The translations under genes were made by a program, and so were the position numbers. From Vulcanimicrobiota bacterium (GTDB taxonomy: Bacteria; Vulcanimicrobiota; Vulcanimicrobiia; Vulcanimicrobiales; Vulcanimicrobiaceae), in contig CAVZQC010000002.1 of assembly GCA_963777315.1 (NCBI GenBank), forward strand, positions 288,001-352,000: a stretch of 64,000 nt of DNA, in the 5' to 3' direction. The number at the start of each line of letters is the position of its first letter. The first letter of the stretch is position 1. Below are positions 47,265 through 56,448 of this stretch, one piece after another. Under the pieces are notes generated by a model that saw only the letters and a program-made list of their open reading frames with translations, was not told the origin of the DNA and searched no databases.

Positions 47265-48383
47265 TCAGAATTTCACCGTGAAGTTGAGGTCGGCGCGGGT
47301 CTGCGTGAGGTTGAAGTTGGGTGCGAAGGCATCCTGATAGCGATACTGGCGCGCCGAGAACGTGATGGCGCTCGACGTATTCGGAAGCTGGTAGGTCACG
47401 TTGCCCAGGTACGTGTCCTTGCGCGCGTCAAAGCCCGGAAGCAGCGCGTTGGTGTTGCCGTAGTCGCCTTGATAGTGCGCGCGATCGTACTGCAGGCCAA
47501 CCGTAACGCGGCGCGCCACCGGAACGGCGAGTTTGGCGCCTACGCCGTGCGATACGACGTCGGTCAGACCGAAGTACGAAAGGCCGGCTTGCGCGTCCGG
47601 ATCGAGCGGAACGTACGGAAAGACGCCGGCGGCCGCATTGTTAATATGCTCGATGCTGCTCGAAAGGCCGACGTTGACGGCGCTGTTGCCGGTGCGCACG
47701 TCGAAATCGGTGCCTGCGCTAAAGCTCTGCGCATTGGTGTCGAGCGCGGACGAGGCGCACGCCGCACCGGCGTCGGCGGTACCGCAGACCTGCATAGCAT
47801 GGAACGCAGTCTGGAAGTGCACGCCGCCCACACGCACCGGTACCGAAACGCCGGCGCTCGAGCCTTGAAGTGAAGGCGTATAGGGAGCGTATCGTCCGAA
47901 GTGCACGCGACCGGGCTGTTCGAGCGCCGGAGCCGGAGCAGCGGTTCGCACGGCGACCGCTTCATAGCCCGTTTGCGGCGAAGGAACGATCACCGGCGCC
48001 GTGGCGACCAAACGGGGCGCGCCCTGAGCAATGCCCGCAGCGCCGGTGTACGCAGTATGCAGCGCAGGAATCGCGAGATTGATCCTGGCCGTACCTGCGC
48101 CCGTAGGCGCCGTGAACGCCGGCGCGTCCTCGCGCAACGCGATGGCCGGTGACGCCGCGATGTTGAACAACGACACGTCGACGGGCGACATATTGCGCGG
48201 CCGCAGCGTCAGCGCTCCGAGCATGGAATCCGAACCCGGACTGAACACTCGCACGACGTCGAGGCGCACGGGACCGCTGCCGAAAGCGATTGGGAATGCG
48301 GAGCTCGCCTGCGCGAAAACGGACAGCGCCAATAGCACTGCGCACGTTACGACGCCGGCAAAGCGAGTCATCCGTTCCTCCAT
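47265..48383 (-). CDS. Exported hypothetical protein, candidate outer-membrane beta-barrel
   Basis: Signal peptide; amphipathic beta-strands in the C-terminal half; terminal ADLNFTVKF beta-signal-like motif. Confidence 0.6.
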   Translation of the reverse strand: MEERMTRFAGVVTCAVLLALSVFAQASSAFPIAFGSGPVRLDVVRVFSPGSDSMLGALTLRPRNMSPVDVSLFNIAASPAIALREDAPAFTAPTGAGTARINLAIPALHTAYTGAAGIAQGAPRLVATAPVIVPSPQTGYEAVAVRTAAPAPALEQPGRVHFGRYAPYTPSLQGSSAGVSVPVRVGGVHFQTAFHAMQVCGTADAGAACASSALDTNAQSFSAGTDFDVRTGNSAVNVGLSSSIEHINNAAAGVFPYVPLDPDAQAGLSYFGLTDVVSHGVGAKLAVPVARRVTVGLQYDRAHYQGDYGNTNALLPGFDARKDTYLGNVTYQLPNTSSAITFSARQYRYQDAFAPNFNLTQTRADLNFTVKF

Positions 48384-48431
48384 ACCCCGTCCCGGGGCCT
48401 ATACATACTATCGGTTAAATACCGGGCCGTT

Positions 48432-48869
48432 TCAATACACCGGCGCGCGGCGCGCTCCCTCGGCCAAATACCGCCGGGCAATGAGCAAAGCGGCGTAGTC
48501 GTCTATGGGCCGAGGGGGCAACTGCAGCCCCAGCGGTATCAACCGGCGCCACCCGCGCGGAGGGTTCTCCGAGAAGTATAAGGCGCGCGCCCCGTAGGTG
48601 GTATTGGTTTCGTCGATGACGTGCACCGGTATGCCCAGTTCGCCGAAGAGCTTGCCGAGCGCGGCCGAGTTCGTGCCAGCGCCGAGCGCCACGGCGTCGA
48701 TTGGATGCGCGGCCAGCAGCGGCGAAAGCCGGTCCATGAGCGCGGAAAGGGGCTCGATGCCCAGTGCGATAGGCGCCAGCGTGGGAGCCGACACCAAGGC
48801 ATAGCCGGCCTTCCGCGTGCCCGGATCGATGCCCAAGACGGCCGGTTCGGGCGTTCCCGAAACGCTCAC
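48432..48869 (-). CDS. YqgF/RuvX-like RNase H-fold nuclease
   Basis: LGIDPGTRKAG.A, VIDETNTT, DDYAALLIA. Confidence 0.85.
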   Translation of the reverse strand: MSVSGTPEPAVLGIDPGTRKAGYALVSAPTLAPIALGIEPLSALMDRLSPLLAAHPIDAVALGAGTNSAALGKLFGELGIPVHVIDETNTTYGARALYFSENPPRGWRRLIPLGLQLPPRPIDDYAALLIARRYLAEGARRAPVY

Positions 48870-49822
48870 TGCGCCGGCACCTTTTGGAGCGTGATGACTA
48901 CCGGCACGCGGAAGGTGTGCGGGTAGATGTCCTGCGCGGCGAACGCCGTCATCACGTAGTTGCCGCTGCCGGCCAGCATCTTCTGCATGTCCGCGACCGA
49001 CGGGAAGGTCCGCTGCGGCACGACGTTGCCCGCGAAATCGAACGGCATGCCGCGCGAAACCATCTCGTGCGGCACGCCGCCTTCGAGCAGCTCGGCGACG
49101 GCCAAATCGGCGCTGGCGTTTTTGCCCGCAGGAATCGGGCCCAGGGTCGCGATCGCCTCGCCGCCGGGCACGAGCAGCCTATCGGGGACGGGAGTGATGC
49201 CGAAGTGGATGGCGTCGTTGGGGTACAGGTTCTGGTCCGCCGTTACGATGAGCAGCACGTCGCTTTGGGAAGTCCACGCTTCCATCTGCGGACTGCCGGA
49301 CAGCGTGCCGAGCATGCGATCGACGTTGGACGGCGGGGAAAATTTTTTGAGCCGGTAAGGCGGCCGGGTGTAGACGCGGTTGACGTACGCGACGGTCTGC
49401 TGGTAGAAGTTCTGCACGATGTCTTTGCGCAAACCCGCCGGAGCGTTTTGCGGAATGCGCCCGACCGACGTGCTCATCAGCGCGCCCAGGCCGACGAGCA
49501 CCGGCGAGTTCGTCACCTTCTGTTCGAGTTCGTTCGCGCGCGCCTGCGCCTTTTCGATTTCGGCGTTGATTTCGTTCAAGCGAAAGAACGCCGTCTGGAC
49601 CTGATTGGAAGCGAATATCGCAACCAGCGTGATGACCAGCGCGATGACCATGCCCGTGGCGACGGCGACGATCGTCGACGTGTACCGCGGTCTGATGTTG
49701 AATAGCGTGAGACGTTTGCGTCCCACTTGATGACCGACCCGGTCGCCGATGTACGCGATAACGCCGGCGATGATGACGATGAACACGACGATTCCCACGC
49801 CGCGCAAAATGCCCAGGTGCAT
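48866..49822 (-). CDS. DUF3084 domain protein
   Basis: AGVIAYIGDRVG..VGRKRLTLF.IRPRYT signature followed by a short coiled coil. Confidence 0.85.
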   Translation of the reverse strand: MHLGILRGVGIVVFIVIIAGVIAYIGDRVGHQVGRKRLTLFNIRPRYTSTIVAVATGMVIALVITLVAIFASNQVQTAFFRLNEINAEIEKAQARANELEQKVTNSPVLVGLGALMSTSVGRIPQNAPAGLRKDIVQNFYQQTVAYVNRVYTRPPYRLKKFSPPSNVDRMLGTLSGSPQMEAWTSQSDVLLIVTADQNLYPNDAIHFGITPVPDRLLVPGGEAIATLGPIPAGKNASADLAVAELLEGGVPHEMVSRGMPFDFAGNVVPQRTFPSVADMQKMLAGSGNYVMTAFAAQDIYPHTFRVPVVITLQKVPAQ

Positions 49823-49831
49823 CGCCGCCCC

Positions 49832-50944
49832 TTACGCCACCGCGGCGCGGTACAGGCGGCGCGCGCCGATGAGGGTGAAGATGACGTTCGGCATCCAGGC
49901 GGCCAGTGCGGCCAGTGGCAAGAACGCTTCGCCGATGTACGAGAAAATCGTGGAAACGACGTAGTATACGAAAACGATCAGCACGGCCAAGCCGAATCCC
50001 AAACTCGTGCTGGCGCCGCTGCGGATCGAGCGGATGCCGTACGGCACGGCGATGAGCGTGAAGACGAAGCATGCAAACGGCGTGGCGAGTTTCTCTTGAA
50101 AAACCATGGTGTATTTACGCACTTCGGCGGCGGACAGCTGGCCGCTGCGAATGATTTGGGCAATCTGCGCGCGGTTCAAATCGTCCGGATTGTTGTTCGC
50201 CGCGCGTTTGACGATATCGGTTGGCTTCTGTCCCAGCTCGACCTGCAGCGTAGGCGTGTCCGCGGCCGTAACGGTCTGGCCCGCAGCACCGAACCGGTAT
50301 ACTTTCGCATTGTCCAAGGTCCATCGGTCCGCGTCGAACACCGCGCGGTCCGCGAACACGATCTGCGTCGGAACGCCCGCGCGGTCGTACTGGACGAGCG
50401 TTACGCCCAGCAGTGCTCGGCAATTCTGAGCGCACGCGCGGGCGAACGTCATCTGACTGCCGCCGCCGGGAAGCGGCGCGGAAACGTTCAAACTGGTCGC
50501 AAACGCGCCGGCCTTTTCGATGATCGTGTTTTGAATGATGTTGAACTGCTCGCGCGCGTAGGGAACCACGCGTTCCTGCAGCAGCAAGGTGACGAAGGAC
50601 AGCAGAAATCCTGCAACGAGAATGGGCGCGACGATGCGCAGGAAGGTGATGCCGCCCGCTTTCATCGCCGTGATCTCGCTTTCGCCGCTCAATCGCTGCA
50701 CCGCAAGCAGCGTTCCCAGCAGCAGCGCCATCGGTATCGCAAGCACGACGATTGGCGGAAGCTGCCACAAAAACGCTTCGATCGCGGCCCATAACGGCGC
50801 ATGCGTTTCGGAAACGACCCTGCCGATGTTGATGATCTGCGTGGCAGCGAAGATCAGGGTAAACGCGGACAGTCCGAAGAGAAACGGACCGACCAGCTCG
50901 GAGAGCATGTAGCGGTCTAGGATCGCCATTCGCGGCAAGGTCAA
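49832..50944 (-). CDS. LPS export permease, LptF/LptG family
   Basis: ILDRY, LP..V.AIPMALL, SEITAMKAGG, periplasmic beta-jellyroll region, AAW.PN. Confidence 0.92.
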   Translation of the reverse strand: MTLPRMAILDRYMLSELVGPFLFGLSAFTLIFAATQIINIGRVVSETHAPLWAAIEAFLWQLPPIVVLAIPMALLLGTLLAVQRLSGESEITAMKAGGITFLRIVAPILVAGFLLSFVTLLLQERVVPYAREQFNIIQNTIIEKAGAFATSLNVSAPLPGGGSQMTFARACAQNCRALLGVTLVQYDRAGVPTQIVFADRAVFDADRWTLDNAKVYRFGAAGQTVTAADTPTLQVELGQKPTDIVKRAANNNPDDLNRAQIAQIIRSGQLSAAEVRKYTMVFQEKLATPFACFVFTLIAVPYGIRSIRSGASTSLGFGLAVLIVFVYYVVSTIFSYIGEAFLPLAALAAWMPNVIFTLIGARRLYRAAVA

Positions 50945-51693
50945 AGGCGAAACCCTTCACCCAAATAAAAGCGCCGCGCGATCGGGCTTTCCAGCACGTC
51001 GTGCGCCGTGCCCGAAACTTCGATCTTGCCGTTGTTGAGGATGTACGCGCGATCGACGATCGCCAGCGTCTCGCGCACCTGGTGGTCCGTGATCAGAATG
51101 CCCAAGCCGCGATCGCGCAGTTGGCGAATCATCGCCTGAATGTCCGCGACCGCAATCGGATCGATTCCGGTGAAGGGTTCATCGAGCAGCAGAAACGCGG
51201 GCTCGGTTGCGATGGCGCGCGCGATTTCCACGCGGCGGCGCTCGCCGCCCGACAAGCTGTCGCCGCGCGCGTTGATGAATTGAAGCAATCCGAACTCGTC
51301 GAGCAGCGGCGGCAGCCGCTTTTCCTGTTCGTCCCGCGCCACGCCGTGCATTTCCCAGATGAGCCGCACGTTATCGCCGACGGAGAGCTTGCGGAAAATC
51401 GAGTTTTCCTGCGATAAATACCCGATGCCGCGGCGCGACCGCACGTACATCGGAGCCCCCGTCAAATCGATCCGCTCCCCGTCCACGGAAAGCAGTACGG
51501 ATCCGCCGTCGGGTTTGACCAAGCCGATGACCATGTAGAACGTCGTGGTTTTGCCCGCGCCGTTCGGACCGAGAAGGCCCACGATTTCACCGGTGCGCAC
51601 TTCCGCATCGACTCCGTTGACGACCGCGCGCTCGCCGTAGCGCTTGAGCAGGCCGCGCATAGTGATTTCGTTTTGGATGGCGTTACGCTCCAT
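50941..51693 (-). CDS. lptB: LPS export ATP-binding protein LptB
   Basis: GPNGAGKTTTFYM, LSGGERRRVEIAR, LLDEPFTGIDP, ITDH.VRE, YLGEGF. Confidence 0.95.
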   Translation of the reverse strand: MERNAIQNEITMRGLLKRYGERAVVNGVDAEVRTGEIVGLLGPNGAGKTTTFYMVIGLVKPDGGSVLLSVDGERIDLTGAPMYVRSRRGIGYLSQENSIFRKLSVGDNVRLIWEMHGVARDEQEKRLPPLLDEFGLLQFINARGDSLSGGERRRVEIARAIATEPAFLLLDEPFTGIDPIAVADIQAMIRQLRDRGLGILITDHQVRETLAIVDRAYILNNGKIEVSGTAHDVLESPIARRFYLGEGFRL

Positions 51694-52233
51694 TTATTTC
51701 ATGACCATTCGCGTGAGCTTCACGTCCGAAGTGAAGGTGTTGCCGGTGAGCATCTGCCGGGCTCCGCCCTGCATGCCCGCGATCCGCACGTGACCGCTTC
51801 CGTGCAGCAGCCCGGCGCTCTGATCGTAGGCGAGCCGATCGCACGTCAGCGTCAGCCCCGTGCTGGTCTTGGCATGAACGCCGCCCGAGAGCACGACCTG
51901 CTTGCCGCCGCCCTCGAGCGACGCCGTCGGCGCCTGGGCCGTCATCCTCGTACCGTCCTTGTCGTAAAAGGTTACCGTCGGCTCCTGAAACGTTCCTTGG
52001 GCGGCGTTCTGCGCCGACCGGCTGGTGTACGAACGCGTCACCAGCTGGTAAACCTTGCGGTTACCCGATTGCTGAACGATGGTAACGGGATGTTTGGACG
52101 TTCCCTTTCCGGTTATCGTTAGGGCCGGCATGCTGCTGGGCTGGGGGGACGGGGTGGAATTTTGCGCGGGCTGCTGCGGTTGCGGATTGCAGGCCGCAAG
52201 CGCCAGCGCCAGACCGATCCAACCGGTTTTCAT
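51694..52233 (-). CDS. lptC: LptC-like LPS export periplasmic protein, predicted lipoprotein
   Basis: ATG at 52233; lipobox LAAC; jellyroll strands PTVTFY, VVLSGGV, LTCDRLAYD; directly upstream of lptB. Confidence 0.75.
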   Translation of the reverse strand: MKTGWIGLALALAACNPQPQQPAQNSTPSPQPSSMPALTITGKGTSKHPVTIVQQSGNRKVYQLVTRSYTSRSAQNAAQGTFQEPTVTFYDKDGTRMTAQAPTASLEGGGKQVVLSGGVHAKTSTGLTLTCDRLAYDQSAGLLHGSGHVRIAGMQGGARQMLTGNTFTSDVKLTRMVMK

Positions 52234-53435
52234 CACACTTCTCCCAGTCCGTGCGCTGCCGCCGCCAGCGCAAGCGCCATCGACGGCAGCCATAGCCCGA
52301 AGATGACGACGCTCACGGTATCGATGAGGCCTTGCACCCACGTCCCCACCAGTCCCGCCGCAACGGCGAGCGCTATGGCCGCATGGGCCGGAGGAGCCGC
52401 ACGCAGCCGGTCGTTCAACGCCACGCCGAACCGCCACCAGGCCGCCAGCACCGCAACTAGCCCTACCAGTCCCGTTTCGGCAAATATCGTCAGCAAAAAG
52501 CTGTGGGCGTGAAACGCCTGCACGTCGCCGTCGGGCAAACGCACCAGCGGATAGATTCGGGCAAAATCAAACGGACCCACGCCGGTGAGCGGAAAGCGGC
52601 GCGCGATCTCGACGCCGGCTTGCCAAATCGACAGACGCGTGTAGTTTTCAGCCGGATTGTGATGCGCGTTGAAGACGACCAGCACCGCCGCCAGACCCGC
52701 CAGCAAAATCAGCGGCGCGTATCGCCGGCGTACGCTTCCGCTGAAGAACGCATAAAACGCTATTGCGGCCGCCAATCCCATCCAGCCCGCGCGCGAAAAC
52801 GTCAGCACGAAGGCGGCGGATCCCAGTACGAGCGCGCACCAGCCGGCAACGCGCAGGCGAGCATCGTTCGTGATTCGCGCAACCGCAAACGCTATCGGCA
52901 GAAAGATGATGAGATATCCGGCCAGCTCCCCAGGGAGAATAAACGTTCCGATCGCGCGTCCGTGACCGATCGCGTACTGATCTGCCGGCCGCCGCGCGAG
53001 CACCATGAGGATCGCGGTCAGCGACGCAAGCGCGCCGGAAAGCAGATAACTCCAATAGATCGCGCGGCTCACGCCGGGTTGGGCATAAAAGCGCAGCAAG
53101 CTCAAATGCCACAACAGCCCTAAACCGAAGATGCCGATGAACAGCATCCCCGCTGCAGGATCGAATCCCAGAACGGCCGATACGAAGGCGGCGCACAGCC
53201 ACGCACACAACGCCGGCAGGGTGGCGGCCCGGTGCAGCGGCGGCTGCAGCAGCATCCCGGCTGCGTACACCGACAGCACTGCCATGGCCGCCAGCAGCCC
53301 AACGGCGAACGCGCGCGGCACGAGCGAAACGCCCGGAATGGTGACTGCCGTCAGCGTGATGAACGGCGGAAAGAGCGGCAGCACGAAGTACGGCAGCGCC
53401 AGTGCCGCCGGCATGAACGTCCTCAACCGCACCAT
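52233..53435 (-). CDS. O-antigen ligase (WaaL/Wzy_C) family protein
   Basis: RAIGTF..P..LAGY, TFSRAGW, R..IW, PLTGVG, HAHSFLL..AETG. Confidence 0.88.
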   Translation of the reverse strand: MVRLRTFMPAALALPYFVLPLFPPFITLTAVTIPGVSLVPRAFAVGLLAAMAVLSVYAAGMLLQPPLHRAATLPALCAWLCAAFVSAVLGFDPAAGMLFIGIFGLGLLWHLSLLRFYAQPGVSRAIYWSYLLSGALASLTAILMVLARRPADQYAIGHGRAIGTFILPGELAGYLIIFLPIAFAVARITNDARLRVAGWCALVLGSAAFVLTFSRAGWMGLAAAIAFYAFFSGSVRRRYAPLILLAGLAAVLVVFNAHHNPAENYTRLSIWQAGVEIARRFPLTGVGPFDFARIYPLVRLPDGDVQAFHAHSFLLTIFAETGLVGLVAVLAAWWRFGVALNDRLRAAPPAHAAIALAVAAGLVGTWVQGLIDTVSVVIFGLWLPSMALALAAAAHGLGEV

Positions 53436-54562
53436 CGCGCCACCTCCCGTGCGATCGTTTTGGCTGCACCGGGCGGTCCCATCCGGCTGCGGCCTGCCTG
53501 GCTCATGCGTGCGCGCAGCGATTCATCGCCGAGCACGCGATCGACGCACTGAGCCGGATCGGGATCGTTCGGGCCCAATACCAGCAGCGCTTCACCCAGC
53601 AATGCGATCTGGCGATTGCGATACCACGCGCGCCGCCCGGAAGGCTCCAGCGCGACGACCGGAATTCCGGCCGCTGCCGCAGCTTCGTTCGCCGTTCCGG
53701 CTTGACCCAGCACCAGCGCGCAAGCGCGCAGCATTGCACCGGGGGATCCGCGCCACGCGCGCACGATTTCGCGTTCGTTCTCGTACAACGCAAAGGGCGC
53801 ATCCCGCGCGCCGCTGCGCCGCACGTCCCAGCCGGCGGCGGCAAGTCCGTTCGCCATCGAATCCGGATCGAGTCCCGGCGCAACCGAAAGCAGGGCGCCC
53901 AGCCGCTCGTGCCGGCCGGCAAGGTCGCGCACCACCGCGCACAAGACGATTGCATCGCCGTACGCGGCTTGCCGGCTGCCCGGAAAGAGCGCGAGGCATG
54001 GATCGAACGGCACATCGACGGTTTCGCTCGCGGGACCGGCATAGAGATCGACGATGACGTTTGCGCTGCGCGCGTCGATGCCGCGCTCGCGCAGATCCAG
54101 CGCCGTCGCCTCGTCCCGTACGTAGACTGCCTGCGCTTTGCGAAGGACGAGCTGTTCCAATGCGCCGTACCGAGCGACGTACACGCTCTTGGCCGTGCCC
54201 ACGAAAATGGTCGCGCGCGCACGTGCGCCCAGCGCCATCAGCAGCGCGTAGACGTCGCCCACGGCGATTGCCGCACAATACGTCTGCGCCACGCCGTGCA
54301 GAAAACGCAGCTGCGCCAACGTGTGGGCCGGCAGCCCCGCGCGCACGTCTTGCAGGATGTTGCGTACGTTCCCCATAGCGATCAGACCGCCGCTGGGCAT
54401 CGCGCGGCGGGGGCCGACGTCGCGCATCGCGGACTGGTGCGGAAAATCGCCGACCAGAGCCAGATGATCGCACGCGAGAGCAGACGGCAGTTCGCGCGCG
54501 ATCCGCGCGGCGATAGCCACCTCGCCATGTCCGTTCGTCACCACGAGCGCGGTGTTCGTCAC
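53423..54562 (-). CDS. Lipid-A-disaccharide synthase-related GT-B glycosyltransferase (TIGR03492-like)
   Basis: NGHGE, MPSGG, AVGDV, FPGSR, AGTANE, RMGPPG; GTG start at 54562. Confidence 0.8.
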   Translation of the reverse strand: MTNTALVVTNGHGEVAIAARIARELPSALACDHLALVGDFPHQSAMRDVGPRRAMPSGGLIAMGNVRNILQDVRAGLPAHTLAQLRFLHGVAQTYCAAIAVGDVYALLMALGARARATIFVGTAKSVYVARYGALEQLVLRKAQAVYVRDEATALDLRERGIDARSANVIVDLYAGPASETVDVPFDPCLALFPGSRQAAYGDAIVLCAVVRDLAGRHERLGALLSVAPGLDPDSMANGLAAAGWDVRRSGARDAPFALYENEREIVRAWRGSPGAMLRACALVLGQAGTANEAAAAAGIPVVALEPSGRRAWYRNRQIALLGEALLVLGPNDPDPAQCVDRVLGDESLRARMSQAGRSRMGPPGAAKTIAREVARWCG

Positions 54563-55290
54563 GGCCGCAGCGGCAGCAGCGCGAAGTCGGCCAGGCGCCA
54601 GCGCGAACCATCGTACTGTAAGTCGCTGCGCGACACGTACTTTCCGTACGGACCGGCGTGCACGATTGGAACGCCGCGCACCATTGCGGGCTCGGCCAGC
54701 GTATCGTGACTGTGGCCGCCGAGCAGCAGATCGATGCGCGGCACCGCCGCCGCCAGCCGCTTGTCGAGCGACAAGCCCAAGTGCGAGAGGACGATCAGCG
54801 GTTCGTTCGGCGCGAGATGCGCCGCAATATCGCAAACGACCGTCGCCGGATCCAAAAACCGCCAGCCGAAGAGGCGCTCCCACGCACTGCCGATCGGATA
54901 TTGCATGATAAGCAATCCGAGCACGTGCACCGGTACCGGCGTCGACGAAACCCCGGGTCGAAACTCCAGCGTCAGCTTGCGGGAGAACGGCAGCGCGCGA
55001 TTTCGCGTGTCGACCAAATTGCTGCACACCAGCGGATGCCGCATTTGCGCCGCGCGCGCCCGAACGCATCCGAACAGGTAATGAAACTCGCGGTTGCCGA
55101 TCGCTTGCGCATCGTACGCGGCCGCATCGATTTCCGCGATAATGGGTTCCCGGCGGTGAAAAACCGTTTGGCTGCCGCGCAGCGAATCGCCGCAGTCGAA
55201 CAGCAGCCCCGCATCGCTAGCGCGCAGCTCGCGCAGCCGCGGCGCGATGCCGCGGCGATCGTGCAGATCCGAAGTATGGTACACGAGCAT
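54559..55290 (-). CDS. Calcineurin-like metallophosphoesterase (stand-alone UshA/5'-nucleotidase-type N-domain), candidate lipid X-forming hydrolase
   Basis: HTSDLH, DCGD, GNREF, LSHLG, GGHSH; 243 aa; no signal peptide and no C-terminal nucleotidase domain. Confidence 0.85.
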   Translation of the reverse strand: MLVYHTSDLHDRRGIAPRLRELRASDAGLLFDCGDSLRGSQTVFHRREPIIAEIDAAAYDAQAIGNREFHYLFGCVRARAAQMRHPLVCSNLVDTRNRALPFSRKLTLEFRPGVSSTPVPVHVLGLLIMQYPIGSAWERLFGWRFLDPATVVCDIAAHLAPNEPLIVLSHLGLSLDKRLAAAVPRIDLLLGGHSHDTLAEPAMVRGVPIVHAGPYGKYVSRSDLQYDGSRWRLADFALLPLRP

Positions 55291-55292
55291 CG

Positions 55293-56402
55293 CTATGCGT
55301 TCCGGGCCAGCGCGACTGCGAATGCGGCGCACTTTTCGAGCGCATCCGGCGACCCCAGCGCTTCGCGCAGATCGCTCAGCTGCCGATACTGCCGCTGCGG
55401 ATAGTGCAGCAAGTCGTCCATTGCGGCCGCAAGCGCTGCGGGCGTGGCATCGTGCTGCAGCAGTTCGGGAACCGCTTCCCGCTGTAAAACCAAATTCGGG
55501 AGCGTCACGAAACGGCCCGGATAGACCCGGCGCGCGTGGCGAACCAGCGCGGGTGCCAGAATGTACAGCGCGACCGCCGGCACGCCCGAAAGTGCGCACT
55601 CCAGAACGGCGGTCCCCGAGGCTACCCACGCCGCATCGGCATCGGCGATCGCCTCACGGGTTCCGCGCACGAATCGTACGCTTTCGACGCCGAAACGCGC
55701 GGCGTGCGCGCGCAGCGTTCGCTCCGCTCGTGCGTCGGCCGCACCCACGACGGCGCGCAGCTGCGGACGGCGCACGCGCAGTTCGTTGAACGCGGCGAAC
55801 AATGCGGGCGCGTGGTAACGCAACTCGGTGTCGCGGCTGCCCGGCAAAATCGCGACGCAGCCGCCGGCTGCGCTCGGCGCCTGGCGCGCAGGGCGCAGCG
55901 CGTACTGCGGTGCAAGCGGATGACCGAAGTACTCGACGCGCAAACCGAGCCTACGGTAAAACTCGTACTGGTGCCGGAATGCCGTAAGCGGCACGGCCAG
56001 CGCTGCAACTTCCCGGGCCGTACGCTCGCGGTCCAGCCACGTCGCGGGCGGAAATACGTCGAGGATCGGCCCGGCGTATCCGATCGAACGCAGGCGTTTC
56101 GCCAAACGCAGATTGAACGCGCCGAAGTCGACGAGCACGACGAGCTGCGGCCCCGAGCGCGCGATGTGACGCGCCGTAGCCAGCATTGCGAGCAGCAGCT
56201 TCGGAACGCGCGGAACGGCGGCCAACGGTCCGATGCTGGCCCACCCGGAATGATCGCGCCAGAGCGCAAAGCCGGCCCGGCGCATGCGCGCGGCGCCGAT
56301 GCCTTCGAATTGCGCCTGTGTGTCGATGCGCGCGATTGCGCCGGCAAGAATCGTGGCGGCCAGCTCCCCCGAAGCCTCACCGGTCGAAAAGAAATAGCGC
56401 AT
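55293..56402 (-). CDS. lpxB: Lipid-A-disaccharide synthase LpxB
   Basis: GEASG, VDFGAFNL, GHPL, LPGSR..E, ASGTAVLE, LPNL...VPELLQ. Confidence 0.92.
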   Translation of the reverse strand: MRYFFSTGEASGELAATILAGAIARIDTQAQFEGIGAARMRRAGFALWRDHSGWASIGPLAAVPRVPKLLLAMLATARHIARSGPQLVVLVDFGAFNLRLAKRLRSIGYAGPILDVFPPATWLDRERTAREVAALAVPLTAFRHQYEFYRRLGLRVEYFGHPLAPQYALRPARQAPSAAGGCVAILPGSRDTELRYHAPALFAAFNELRVRRPQLRAVVGAADARAERTLRAHAARFGVESVRFVRGTREAIADADAAWVASGTAVLECALSGVPAVALYILAPALVRHARRVYPGRFVTLPNLVLQREAVPELLQHDATPAALAAAMDDLLHYPQRQYRQLSDLREALGSPDALEKCAAFAVALARNA

Positions 56403-56448
56403 AATCACAACGCGCTGCGCGCATGGCCGACCGCGGCGCGCAGCGGGT

